Shown here: one piece after another, positions 51,307-64,000 of the stretch | How positions within the stretch are numbered: the stretch's first letter is position 1 | Layout: each line of letters opens with the position of its first letter | Source: Camelus ferus | Taxonomy: Eukaryota | Assembly: GCF_009834535.1 (NCBI RefSeq) | Contig: NC_045707.1 | Coordinates: forward strand, 64,358,001-64,422,000 | Reading direction: 5' to 3' | DNA length: 64,000 nucleotides | Program-made: the position numbers and the translations under genes | The notes under the pieces: model-generated | What the model was told of the DNA's origin: nothing | What the model saw: only the letters and a program-made list of their open reading frames with translations | Database searches by the model: none

Positions 51307-53550
51307 AGAATTAAAAAGAAAAAAAACAACCTCATGATTAGGTGCTAATTTGTAGAGAAAAAGAAAAAATCAAGGCCCCAAATGAGTAACTTGCTCCAGG
51401 TTATACAGTTAATAAAAAGAGCTAGAAGGGGAACTCAAGTTCAAGTTTGTCTGACTCCACAACTCAGACATTTTAAATTTTAACATAAATCCGTAAGTTT
51501 GCTTTGGGAAAATATTGTTCATTTTTCCAACAAAAATTTTAACTCTCTGAATTACATTTTATTGAAGCTAATGATAAAGTTAATTTTCATCCTCTGAAAA
51601 TGCACTCATTGATAGCAAGATGTTCATGTTGTAGCCAGAAGCATTCTACAGATAGTAATAAAAAATGAATTATAACGTCAAAATAGATTTCATTTTAAGA
51701 AAGTCAGAAAAAAAAATTCTGCAATCTATTTCAGATAATTGGTTAACTTTTCACTCTTTCCTTAACCTAAAGGCTTCATGTTAAACTGTAAGATCTTTTT
51801 ACATCATCACCTTTCCTTTTAATCACAAACATTTGCATTTTGGAAAGCTTTGTGCTTAGATTCTCCAGACATTATTGTACCCCTGCAAATATTCTTGAAG
51901 TAGAAATTCCATTCTTGAACTTGGCATCCTGACAGTCACAACTGTCACCATCTGTTGCGTTTCTCCATTTCTAGCTCCTAAAGCAGCAAGGAGGATGCTG
52001 GAACACATTTTGGAAATGTTAGGGGTCAAGCTTAGGCAACGTCTATGGGAAGTTTCGACACTGGACCTCTCGGTACATCTGTTTGTTTTGGATCATTTAG
52101 GCTCAACATGAAGATGATTGAAGTCTTAAGAGAACTGGTTTAATTATCATACTAATTGGACGTTGGATATTTTGTAATGTTTTTATTTTAACTCCAAACA
52201 TAATATACTTTCATAGAGTTTCAGAATATTTAGAAATATAGAAAGAGGAAGTAAAAATAATCCCTAACTCTAGATAACAATGTCATCTTGATATTTGTAT
52301 CTATATGATATTTTATATACATGAGTATAGACCTTTTTTAACAAAAATATGCAATCTGAATACATACTTTTTTGTAGTTTTTAAGATTTATTTTATATTA
52401 TGAATGCTTTTTCATGTCATTAACTGTAGATATCATCATTTTTAGGAACTTCTAAAAATTCCATCGTGTAATAATAGATTTTAGACTTTTATGTATTGCC
52501 AACTGATATCCCAGTACATTCAGTGATTTAAAGCAGCCAATTCTGAGAAGGAGAAATAAACTCAACTATATCAAATATAGTATTTTTTTATTGCAACTAC
52601 TTACTTCATAATATTGAGGGGATTTAGAAAGCTCATCTTAAGGGAAACTACTTTCTTTATAAACTCTCTATATAACTGTAATATGGGATATTTTTTTTTC
52701 ACTTAGCCAAATTATGTATGTTCCATAGACCTTAAATCTTAAGCAAGGGAAATATTTAAGGCAGCCAAAGAAGTTAGCAGAACCAAAAAAAGATGTTCTT
52801 TTAAGAACATATAAAATATTCTATTTCAGGACTTTTCATTGAGGAAAGTGGAAAGTTGTGTCTCATTACGTTGGCGCCTAAAAACCGTTTTTTTTTTAAG
52901 TCCAAAATTGTCACAATTATGTAAAAACAAGTGGAGTCTGCAGATGAACAAAAAGGGTATCTTGTCTTTGGAGCAAAGGCTTCCTTGTCACGTCTCTCTC
53001 TGAAAGTTACCCTTTGGTTTTCCAGTTGTTAGGAACTGTTCTTCTACACCCTCTGTGGGTGACTTCGCCCCTTTTTCTTTCTTTCCTTCCTTCCGTCTTT
53101 CTCTGTTTCCCTCTAATCATAAATACCTATAAATCATGCTTAGATCTGTTTTTTGTTTGTTTGTTTGTTTGTTTTACCGTATAATGCTTTCTTTAACAAT
53201 CTAACTGCCAATGGATGATCAAATGGGCTTTCTGGGCATCTGGCCCTGCCAGTGCACGATGGGATTCGCACCATTTAGCAAATGACTGAGTTCTCTCGAC
53301 ATGACCCTTGTAACTCAGATGACAGAAACAATTTGTTCCTTTCTCTTGTTTTAGGAGAATATAGGAGGTAAAAGTCTTTAGAAGATTGTCTCCCTGGGCG
53401 AAGGGAGCTTGCTCACTGGTGACTTTAACCAGTAGCACCTGAGCACAGCACGGCAGCTGCTTCGTCCCTTGGTGACCATGTGGTCACTCAGGAGCCAAAG
53501 GTTCTTAGCCCCTGCCCTTCCATGCTTTTTCTTCCCAAATCGCCTGTTTT

Positions 53551-54540
53551 TGTGAACCAGGACTATTAGAGCAAATCCCACTTTTAACACTCAAACGCAA
53601 AGGAAAAATTCCTCCTGTGTTTCTCCTCTACTCTCTACATTACTCTCAATATTTCATTCACGACATTTCTGGCCACCAAATGTGAAGAGGGAGCGGGTTT
53701 CCCACATCAGGCAATTCTGTGACACCCGCTGGGTATCCTACGATTTAATTCCTTTTTGACACTGTCTACTTGGAGAGGGTAGATCCCGGGATAAGGGCTC
53801 AGCCCCACAGGACTGCCCCCCAACTCCAGGTGCCAGTCACAAGTCCAGGTTGTTACTATGCTTCTGACTGAAAATTGGAGTTCTCATAACCCCTTTCTTG
53901 GGTTTAATTCATTTGCTAGAGTTGCTCCCGGAAGTCAGGATAACATTTTACTCACGAGGTTACCAGTTTATTATAGAAAGATATAACTCAGGAAAAGGCA
54001 AGTGGAAGGGTGCAAAGGGCAAGCATATGGGGAGGGGCACAGAGCTCCCACGCCCTCTCTGGGCACACTGGTCTCTAAGCCCCTCCACGTGTTCACCAAC
54101 CAGAAGCTCTCTGAGCCCTGTTCTATTGGGTTTTCATAGAGGCTTCATTATGTAGGCACGGTTGATTGGATCATTGGTCATTGGTAATTAATTCAATCTC
54201 CAGCCCATCTCCCCTCCCCAGAGGTTGAGGGGTTGGACTGAAAGTTCTGTCTGTCTAATCAGTAGGCTGTTTTCCCTGACAACCTGCCCTCATCGTTAGG
54301 GGGGTTGGATGGTCCAGAAGTCACCCCATTAACATAAAGTCTGGTGTGGTTGAAAGGGCTTGTTATGACTAACAGAATCCATTTCACCTTTTATGGCTCA
54401 AGTTATTTCAGAAACTGATGACAAAACTCACTAGTATAACAAAAGATGCTCCTGTTGCTCTTATTTGGAAACTGTAAGGGTGCCAGAAACTGTAGATGAA
54501 GACCAAAATATTTTTTCTTACTATAAATCACAATATCATG
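53551..54540. mobile_element. ERV LTR, MER21-like
   Basis: Motifs taagggctcagccccacaggactgcccc, cttgggtttaattcatttgctagag, ttcatagaggcttcattatgtaggcacggttgatt, and terminal tttcttactataaatcacaatatca. Confidence 0.75.
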
Positions 54541-55279
54541 TCACCAGAGCCATTATGTTTCCGTGGAAGAGATTGGTCATAAACTTGTACTTTAAATATT
54601 TTCCAAATTTTCTTTTCAAAGTATGAAAGTATAATCCAGCCATTATTCATATCCCAAGTTATTTCTTTCCTTACCTGTCCGCTATATTTGGACTGTCTGA
54701 ATCCAGAAAAATAAATCAAGAGGACATCATCAACTTTGTGTGTCTTTCCGTCTGGCCCACGTTTTCATATGATTTTGTCATTTAACTGAAACAAGAAGTT
54801 AGCAACAGGCAACTTCAAAGAAACAGGAAGGAAAAGACCCAGTTTTGAGGACTAGAACAAATGTTCACAGACAGTCTGAGATTACAGGAAGAGATGTGTT
54901 TGCCCTCCTTTCTGGAAATGACAGTCATGTCACACAAATTCCAAGAGAGCCGGAAAGACTTAAGAGGGCACTGAGAATATGCATGAAGACAATCAGGGCT
55001 GAGAGTCTTAATCCAAGATTTCCTGGATTGCATTTATTAGTGCCATGCAATCAATTATTCTGAAGATCTTGGGGGTTCTACCTGTGTTGTTTGTCTGTAG
55101 TTCAGAAGCCCCCTGATTGTCTTGTGCCCCCATTACTGACCTAGTGAAACTGCTTTGTTTAATAATATGATTATTATTCCTGCCTGAAAACATGGCAACT
55201 AGAATTAGGTGTTTAACCAGAACAAGTTAACATGTTGGTTCCTTGTGCTTTAAAAGCCATTAAGTTGCTTAGAACTGGG

Positions 55280-55354
55280 GTTGTTTTTTTTTTTTTTTGG
55301 TTTTTTTTTTTTTTTTTTTTTTTTTTTGGTTTTGGTTTGTTTTGTTTTGTTTTA
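55280..55354 (+). repeat. Poly(T)/(TTTTG)n tract
   Basis: Long T runs interrupted by GG and followed by ttttg units. Confidence 0.9.
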
Positions 55355-56079
55355 GTAGGAAATACTGGGTAGCAAATAAAAAAATCTATATTGAAACAGC
55401 CTTGTGGAAAATTCTTTGAATGTAGACTTTTAAAAATCAACAGTTACATTTTTTTATGGGCAAATGAATTTTTAAAAATTTCTTCATGTATGACAAGTCA
55501 TGGTGTCATCTATATTCTCAAGCATAATTTTAAAAATTACAAGATCAAATGAATAAAGTCAAGTCTATGTCAAGCTATATGAGGAGAAATAGCTAAGTTA
55601 TAGGAAACAAGGTGTTTTTGGTGAGTAACTAGTATAGATAAGTCAAGGAGACTGGAGAAGAGTACACAGATATTATCTGGAAGAAATCAAAAATAACAGG
55701 GGCCATTGGATCCTCAGACAAGCCAATGGTTTGAGTAGACCCCTAGTCCTTGCTCCTTGAAACATTCATTCATTTAAAAATATCATTGAGTGCCTCCTAG
55801 GTCCTAGGCAATAGAGTCTGGTGATACAAGATGGTGAGATAAACATGAGCATTGCAGCCAGTAGTTTGTATTCTAATAGGAGAAAGAAAATAAAATAAGT
55901 GAGCGATGGAGCACGTTAACTTCAGATGGTGGTGAGCGCATTGAAGAAGACAAAATGAAGTGATGTAGCAGGGAGAAAGTGGTGGGCACTATCTTGTATT
56001 GTCTGTTCAGGGATTCTGTTGTATATTCGGGGATACTTGGGGGTTGGATCAAGGTTTAGCTCCTAAATGGAACCTGGTG

Positions 56080-56325
56080 GGAGAAGCATAGCTTTGGAGT
56101 CGGTGGAACTGTGTTGAAATCCCAAATCAGGTACTTACTGTGTTTCCTTCGGTGACTCACTTAACACCTCTGTATTTCACTTCCCTCGTTTGTAAAGAAG
56201 TGTTACTAATAATACCCATCCTATAGAATTTACGTGGGAATTGGCTGAGATAAAGCATTCAAAGCACTGAGCATCATGCGTAACACGCGGGAAGATCCTA
56301 TAAAAATGAGCAGCTATTATTAGCC
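56080..56325 (+). mobile_element. MIR SINE
   Basis: gctttggagtcgg...cacttaacacctctgtatttcacttccctcgtttgtaaa...aaagcactgagca. Confidence 0.7.
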
Positions 56326-56949
56326 TCATATGGAACAATGGAAAATATATCTTTCTAGTCTTGGTACCAAGAATACTTGTATTTCTCCCGAGCCACTGGT
56401 TGGTTTATAATTATATCTTTTAAATCCTGTGAATCATGTTTCCCTCTTTCTCTTGGCTGCTCAATAGCTGGAAGCCAACTCTGTGGTCTACCTCTAGCAA
56501 ATACAGAGAACTTTATTGAGTGCCTTATTTATTTTGTGAACCTCATTCTTGGCAGGATGTTTTCTCCACTCGTTTTCCTTCTAATTCAATTTCCTCATTT
56601 CCTTCCTTTTTATTCAATTTTATTTTGTATGGTATGTGTTTTTGTAAGCTGCCATAAATCTTTTGTGTAATATGTTCTGTCTAAACAAATTGTCACCACA
56701 ACAAAATAGCAATCAGTATGGGCAAGTTGAGTCTGAATGTTCCACAGCAGGAAATCCCCTTGCAGGGAGAGTTTGTTTACCCCGTGGATTTGGAAAAATA
56801 AGAAACTATAATTCATATTAAAAAAAAATCACAGTGTGTATAATGATCTGTTTGGCTCACTGCTCAGCAGGCTTCAGCCTCAGCCCGGTCCCAGTGTCAT
56901 GGGCCAGTCTTCATTCCCACTGTGAACCGTCTAAGACAATGGGAATAGA

Positions 56950-57140
56950 ATGGTTTTAGAAGAAGGAATCCTAGGTTCAGCTGCCTGTTCTGCCACTGAC
57001 TAGCTTTGAGATCTTGGGCAAATCAGTGAGCATTTTGGAGTCTTTGTTTCTCCATTTTAATGGTGATTGTAATATCTGACCTGGCTTCCTCCTTTGGCTC
57101 TTTCTAATCAGTGAATGTGTTCTGTAAAGCATAACACATT
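56950..57140 (+). mobile_element. MIR SINE
   Basis: ctgccactgactagctttgagatcttgggcaaatcagt...tttctccattttaa. Confidence 0.7.
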
Positions 57141-57164
57141 GTCATAATGTCACCTGTCACAATC

Positions 57165-57708
57165 GTGATGGTGGTGGTGATTACGTGGTGATGATGATGA
57201 TGGTGGTGATAGTGATGACGATGACGGTGGTGGTGATGGTGATGATGTTGGTGATGGTGGTGATGGTGATGATGTTGGTGATGGTGATGATGGTGATGGT
57301 GATGATGATGACGGTGGTGGTGATGGTGATGATGGTGGTGATGGTGGTGATGGTGATGATGTTGGTGATGATGTTGGTGATGATGGTGATGATGTTGGTG
57401 ATGGTGATGATGTTGGTGATGGTGATGATGGTGATGATGTTGGTGATGGTGATGATGGTGATGGTGATGATGATGACGGTGGTGGTGATGGTGATGATGG
57501 TGATGGTGATGTTGGTGATGGTGATGATGGTGATGGTGATGATGATGACGGTGGTGGTGATGGTGATGACAGTGGTGGTGATGGTGATGATGGTGGTGAT
57601 GGTGATGATGTTGGTGATGGTGGTGATGGTGATGATGTTGGTGATGATGGTGATGGTGATGATGTTGGTGATGATGGTGATGGTGATGATGATGACGGTG
57701 GTGGTGAT
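57165..57708 (+). repeat. Compound (GAT/GGT/GTT/GAC)n trinucleotide repeat, ~540 bp
   Basis: Continuous in-phase triplets. They generate the spurious poly-M/V and poly-I/T ORFs. Confidence 0.97.
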
Positions 57709-58776
57709 AATCAGCAGGATTGTCAGTTTTGTTGCTAATCTACTCTGTTCTCGGGGGGACATACCAGGACTAAAATTCTTGCCTTGTCATACAACCCTAG
57801 GAGGTACCCTTCACACGGCGGTTTAAGCTGACAGCATCCCCTGAAGCTGTCCATCCCACAGCCCACACAGCCACTTGTGGTGGCCCTGACCAGAACTCTC
57901 CATAAGTTCCATTGCTAATGACCAGGGTTCTTGACATCATCTTCCTTTCCTGAGTGTCTGCTTTGTTCAGACAACCGGCACTTCAGTTCCTCCGAGCCTA
58001 GAAACCTGCCTTATTACTAGTCTTACTAGTCTTGCTAGTCTTGTCTTTCAAGCCACAGCCAGCTCACACCTCTGCCTGCTGGTAACCTTCTGTGTTGCCA
58101 TGAGCCGTGTCTTGTGAAACTCCCACCTGCAGTTCTTACCTGCTGAAAGCCGGACTGTCTTTCCTGTCAGCCGGAATGTGCTCACCCCAGCTCCGAGTTC
58201 ACGTCTTGTCCCCTCCTCCCAGATGCAGCGCCTTCTTTTTGCCTAGACTTTTCTGAACTCAAAATAATGTACTAATTGCCTTTGGGATCTTAACATTTGC
58301 TGTATTGTTGGTAGTTTCTGTTACCAAAAAAAGACTTTTTTTTTAAGAAAAGTATCATTAATCCAAATGCAAAATAACATTGATAACCTAATAATTTGTT
58401 AATAATTTAATAATTTATTTCCAACTTATTAGGGAAGACTGGGTAATAAGGATTCCACATATATAAACACATACTCTAAGAAACTGAAACTTAGTTTTAT
58501 GATTATGTAGGGATGTGAGTGTTTCAAATTTATATTACCCATTTCTCTATTTTAAATACATGTATAGTGTTTTAAAATTTTTTTAAATGGCATCATACTC
58601 TACAATTTGCATTTCTTAATAATAACAGGTCATAGATAACCTTGAAGTCTTTAATTATAAAATTAACTTACTTCTTCAAAATAGAAAAATAATTCTAAAT
58701 AATTCTCAATTTTGAAGTTTGTATGTCCCACATTTTCTTAAACGGGTCCTCAGATTCACTATACAGCTGGTTGTTT

Positions 58777-58800
58777 TGTGTGTGTGTGTGTGTGTGTGTG
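58777..58800 (+). repeat. (TG)n microsatellite within an old L1 fragment
   Basis: About 12 TG units. Confidence 0.9.
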
Positions 58801-59987
58801 CATTTTGTACTTGCCACAACAAAATTGCTGCAATAAATATCTTTAATTCACACTCTTGAAAAAGAAATGTATATATGTATGTGTATATGTTATCTGTGGA
58901 CACATATGTGTACATAAATAACATTGTTCATTTGTGTATTTTATATATATGCATAAGAGATTTTCAAGAGAGATTATTTATCCCAAGAGGATTTTAACTG
59001 ATAAATTACCAAATTACTATTTTCTGAACAGCTGCAGCAATTCACCAGTCATCTGTAAAGGCACCTGACTGGTTCAGAGTCTCTCCAGCAGCAACTGGCT
59101 GTTGATTCGTTTTACCTTTTCCTGACTGGGAGGCCGGGGGCGGGGCGCTAAGAATTACTCTTCATTGTTGCTTACGTTTGCACTTCCGGGACGATGTAAA
59201 AGACCGAGCATCTCTCACGTGTATCGATTATTTGGATTTCCTCTCGTGCGGTGGCTTATTTGTAACTTGTATATCAGGTTAATTGTCTTTTTCTTAACAA
59301 AGACTCCTTCAAAAACAGTGGGAGAACAGACGGCTTCTGACACTGTGAAAATGGTACATTTATAATACGACCTCCTGTCACGAGAATGTCAGAAGAATGA
59401 GAGGCTTCTAGACAAGTCCACTGTCCTTAAGCCACCCTGACAACCATCTGGAGCTGCTCATTTACTAAGGATACGTAGAAAACTCGATGTTGTGATAATG
59501 ATCAAGCTAGAGAATATAGGGTGACAATAAAGGAATGACCATGTATTGGGCTCCCACTATTCCGAAGGCACCATGCTAGAGGCTTTTCATCCCTCTGTCT
59601 CATAATTCTAGGTCATATTATTATTCTCATCTTATGATAATGACATCAAGGTTCATGGAGATGGTCACACAGAAAGTGTCTCGTTTGATTTTTAAAGATA
59701 ATCTTCTTTCCACCATGTGGCTCTGCTTCCCCTCTCATCCGTGGGCTTTGGAAAAGGTCTGGTCAGGACTGGAGATGACTGGCAACTACCCAAAAGGGCT
59801 CCAGCAAGAGGGGAATTATTCATGCAGGGAATGTCAAGGGCCTTCTAATAGACAGTAGGTTCCCTTGGTGCCAGGGAGCTCTGGAATTCACGGCCCGGGT
59901 CTGGTGATAAAGCTCCCTCTCTAACTCTCCCACAGCCTCCTCTGGGTCAGAAGAGGGTGCCCGACCCTTCGGCAAGTTCTATGCTGC

Positions 59988-60410
59988 TGTGTTAGCTTCC
60001 TGTGACTCCCACAACAATCACCAGAAACATAATCACTTGGAGACAGCATGTATTACCATATAATTCTGGAGGTCAGAAGTCCAAAATGAGGCTTTCTCAA
60101 GGCGAAAGTCAAGGTGTCTAGAGGGCTGGTTCCTTCTGGAGCCTCTAGGAGAGAAATGGTTCTTTGCCTTTTCCAGCTCCTAGAGGCCATCTGCATTCCT
60201 TGGCTGATGGCCCCTTCTAGCAATGACATCCTTCTGACCTAACCATCCCTCATCACATCTCTTTCACTTTCTCTGACTCTGACCCTCCTGCCTTTCTTTT
60301 ATAAGAACTCTTGTGATTACACTGGGCCCACCATAAAAATCCAAGATAATTTCCCATCTCAAGATATTCAGTTGACATCTTTGGGGGCCTGTTATTCAGT
60401 GGAGCACAGC
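59988..60410. mobile_element. MaLR (MLT1-like) solo LTR
   Basis: tgtgttagcttcctgtg...ttctggaggtcagaagtccaaaatg...cttgtgattacactgggcccacc...ccaagataatttcccatctcaagat. Confidence 0.78.
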
Positions 60411-63400
60411 CACTGATCCTGTGGTTTCTCCATTGGTAATGACGCCCCACTTTGGGCAGCCCAGAACACCTTCTGAGACACAGCATTCACGTGTACCTCC
60501 TCAAGGCCAGAGTGTGAGTGGCAAGGCCAGTATGTGCTGCTTGATGTCAGACCGGCCTTGCAATTTGGTAGACTTCAATCTGGATGCCGCTCCCAGAAAT
60601 ATTTTGAATAGACTTTATTACATTTTTTAAGTCGGGGATTTTATACAAAAATTTGCATTTCAAGTATTTATTTAAAAATTGGGAGATCTGGCATCACAGT
60701 GCCATGTTTTCAAATGGCTGCATAACAGCTTCTACCTTTAGATAGGGTGTGTTCTTTCCCATTCACCTTGGTCCCTGGCACTGTCTGATGATGAATTACG
60801 CTGGTCTGTTTCACTCATTTATTTTAACTGCTTGTACCCTGTAGTTTACATGTCTGAGTTTACAATCATGAGTCTCAAGCCACACCATTAACGTGCATAT
60901 CAGAGAACATTTGTTCTGATAATTAGGGCGGGGATAGTCACTTTCTCTACATGTGCTAGAAGACTGTGTTAGTCCCTGGGTATCCTGGCAAAGCAGAGAA
61001 TGATCCTTGTCACCCAACATCATCCTGACATTTGCCGATTGGTTGCATCTTCCCTTTGGATTTCTTTTTTCAGCCTGACTCGCAGCCTTTGATCTACACT
61101 TGAGCCAGGCATTTCTAATCATCAGTTTTATATTTCCATTTCACTGAAGGCAAATTTTTCTACCTGTGGTTGGGAAGGTGACCATGTTTTCCTTCTTCCA
61201 AAAACTGTCTCAGAAGTATATATGTTCCTAAAAATTTAGAATCTACTTTATTTCAAATAAAGACTTTCACCATCTTTATGTCCACAGTCTTAGAGAGTGG
61301 CTGGCATATCATGAGTGATTTAAAATATTTACTGAATAAATGAATAAATGATGATAATGACTGATATTGATAATGATACCTAACATTTATAAGAACTTAG
61401 TTATGAATGAATGTTGCATCTTCAAATAAGTGAGCAGTTGCAGTCCTGATGGAGACAAGTTCACTGTGCCTGCCCTCCCACAGGCCCTGGAAAAGCAACG
61501 CTATTGATGATGTGATCCTCTGTTTCTGGCCATTAATGACGGGACCACAGAAAGATTTCTAAGCCGAGAACGTCCTATTCTTAGCTGACCGGGAACCTAT
61601 GACATGGCCTTTTGTAAAGAGCACTCCCAAGAAACAAGCCTAGCCCTTTAGGGTTTTTTTCCTTTTGAGAACTCAGATCAAGAGAAACAGTCTGTCTAAA
61701 GTTGGCAGCAGATGCTTGAGCAAATGGGTCATGCTAGGGATTAGGGACTGGCTCCCAGTCTGGCCGTGTGCAAGTTGATTATGCGGAAATAATGCAGCCA
61801 CTGAGAGATCAAGAAGAATCTCAGTTTTCCTGTGCCCAGTTACATTTTATGTGAGGCTTGGCTTTGGATGGCTATGAAATTACCTTGTGCACCCTTACAA
61901 CTTTGCCTCCTCTGCCTTTAACTCAGAGAGGCTATCATTAAAACACTTTCCCGGAATGCTGCCTTAATCTGGGATCCGAGCATGACAACAGAATTTAATG
62001 AAGCAAGAATTGTGGAACAGCAGTGTGGCCAAGTGAAGATCAAAGGAAAGGAAATATTCTGACGGCTTCAGGCACTACAAACTCCCAGCAAGTCATTCTG
62101 AACAGAATTAGGATTAAACAGTTTTAAGCATCTGAATGAATGTTTTCCAACTTGTGTGTTCCTGAGTCCTTCAGTTCTGAATGGGGAAAAAGTAATAAAA
62201 ATACCTGGGAAATATTTCACCCTGTTATAAAGCAAGAAGAAATGATAGCTATTGGTTCATTAGAATCATTGAGCTGAAAAGGATGCCACTTAAACAAAAA
62301 GAAACTATTCATATTTAATTGGGTGTTTTAGGAATCAGCTGGCTAAATTTGTGAAGATTGCCTTCTTAGTTTTAGAATATGCTTCCTGGAATAGCTACCT
62401 TCAAAGTGGGTATAATCTTTATAAAATAGCCTTGGCATTAATTTTTCACGAATTAAAAAGCGTGCTGGGGATTAAAGCAGAATAATAGACGTAACATTAC
62501 AGAAAAGTAGGACACTCATAAATCATTTATGCCTTTCTTGCTCATCAGGACTTGGCTTTTTGAATCTTAATTGAAAACTGATGTGGCTGTATTGTTGCAA
62601 AAAAGAAAATTGGTGATTCTGATAGCAGACAACTTTCATTAGGGACTTAATTAATTTTAAGAGGCTGAGAGCCTGGTATATTAAACATACTTACACAGTC
62701 ACGTTTAGTTGTGGGACTTTATGTAATTACAGTCCTCTTCTGGTCAGTGCACATTGTTTATCTTTTATTTTCATTCTGATCAATTCTAGTTAGATACAGC
62801 GTAAGTTATTGTGAGCTATAATAGTATATGGAAGCAAAAAAATAGTGTTAGGCCTAAGTAGGGAATAGGGCAGTTGGCTGATAAGAAGACATGTTTTACA
62901 GCAACTTTGACACTAAACCAGTCCTCACACCATCCTGTTTCCATCTTCCATGTTCAATTGCTCATCAGTCGCTATGAGACACCTGAACATTTTTTTAAGT
63001 CCCAAATGAGATGCTACTATAAAAGATAAATTGTTTCATCTTCTCCTTCTTTCTTTTTGAGAAAGTAAGCAATGGCTGGTATGCTTTTTTCATTCTGAAA
63101 TTATTTATATAATTTCTTTAGTTTTTACTGTTTGAATTCCCTAACCATCTTCGTTCCCTCCTTTAATACAAATAATTAGGTCTACTAGTTATCGGACACT
63201 TAACAATACCTGATATATTTGCGTCATGCCCCCACCTTCTGTCCAGACGTCATTCTGTTTAAAATTCTTCCTTAAAAGAGTATGACGGTCTGAGGATCAC
63301 TCCATTCTGGATTTAAGTTTACAGCCTGGTTTCAAAATCCAAATTTTATTCCTTAAGAACTAGACACAGAAGGCAATAGCCAGTGAGAGCCCCCTGTCTG

Positions 63401-64000
63401 TGTGCACAGTGATGTGTTTGGAGGAATTCTCACACCATGAAAGAGACTGATGGCCCTTCCGTAAGATCATAACTCCCCTAGGCAGAGGACCATAATTTGG
63501 GGTGGCAAGAATGGATACAACCCCAGACTAAACAGAGGTCTCTATGTGACCTGAATGAGTTCAGAGTAACCCAGAGCATAGCCCAGACTGAGATCAGTCC
63601 CAGTCATTCCACAGGGCCTTGGGAGATCTGCATGGATGCCATTGGAAATCAAACTCCGCAAGGCTGTTTGGAACAGAACTGCCAGCCCAGCCTTATGGTT
63701 TTATAGATTTCACAACCTGACCGATGACCTCTGAAAAAGCGTATCCTAGTTTCCATTTGCCAGGCAGTTTCTCAAGCTCAACTTTAAAGCCACCATATGA
63801 AAACATTTGGGAATTTCAAAATTAAATACTTATCAGTTCTAGGACTGGGAAGGACCGCACGTGAAATTAATTTTACAGAAACCCGTGGCAGGGAAATGGT
63901 TTAACCATAATGTTAACGAATAAATGTACTCAGAGGCTGTGCTGTGAGAGCCTTTAGTCTTTTTTTCCTGGCTGGCATCCTCTCACCATGTCAGTATCTC

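Larger units (their letters stand above)
45701..64000 (+). other. PTPRR: PTPRR intron 2 (5' part, continues beyond window)
   Basis: Starts GTGAGT. The expected next peptide (TLQMD...NITLLRIFRQGVAAALG) was not seen in the remainder of the window. Confidence 0.8.

Noticed and set aside
57181..57826. 193-aa and 213-aa ORFs (poly-Ile/Thr, poly-Met/Val)
   Set aside because: They are by-products of an intronic trinucleotide repeat that lacks stops in these frames. There is no splice or protein-family evidence.
1..64000. A novel multi-gene or prokaryote-type system (CRISPR, operon, defence island)
   Set aside because: The sequence is mammalian intron/intergenic DNA explained by PTPRR and known repeat classes. 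No array or unexplained long ORF was seen.

Overview
This is mammalian (eukaryotic) genomic DNA. It is most likely from a camelid (Camelus/Vicugna/Lama), inferred from the tRNA-derived SINE family present and the absence of recognisable Alu, B1/B2, Bov-A/BovB or PRE-1 elements. The window holds the 5' end of the receptor-type protein tyrosine phosphatase gene PTPRR on the + strand: a CpG-island promoter (~20.5-21.5 kb), coding exon 1 (21352-21412, signal peptide), a 24-kb intron 1, coding exon 2 (45402-45700) and the start of intron 2. I did not find exon 3 in the window. The rest is intergenic or intronic and dominated by interspersed repeats: young lineage-specific L1 3' ends with target-site duplications (TSDs), old L1M, L2, MIR, a CR1/L3 relic, MaLR and MER21-like LTRs, tRNA-derived SINEs and simple repeats. 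Repeat family names come from recognising consensus motifs by eye, not from a search, and their boundaries are approximate unless TSDs are given. I found no evidence of a new multi-gene system. The most noteworthy points are modest: uORFs in the PTPRR leader (one overlapping, 60 aa after splicing), an in-frame tandem splice acceptor at the signal-peptide boundary, inverted young L1 copies in intron 1, a CTCF/E-box-like intronic element, a very young 87-bp L1 insertion, and an orphan exon-like segment at 2.4 kb.
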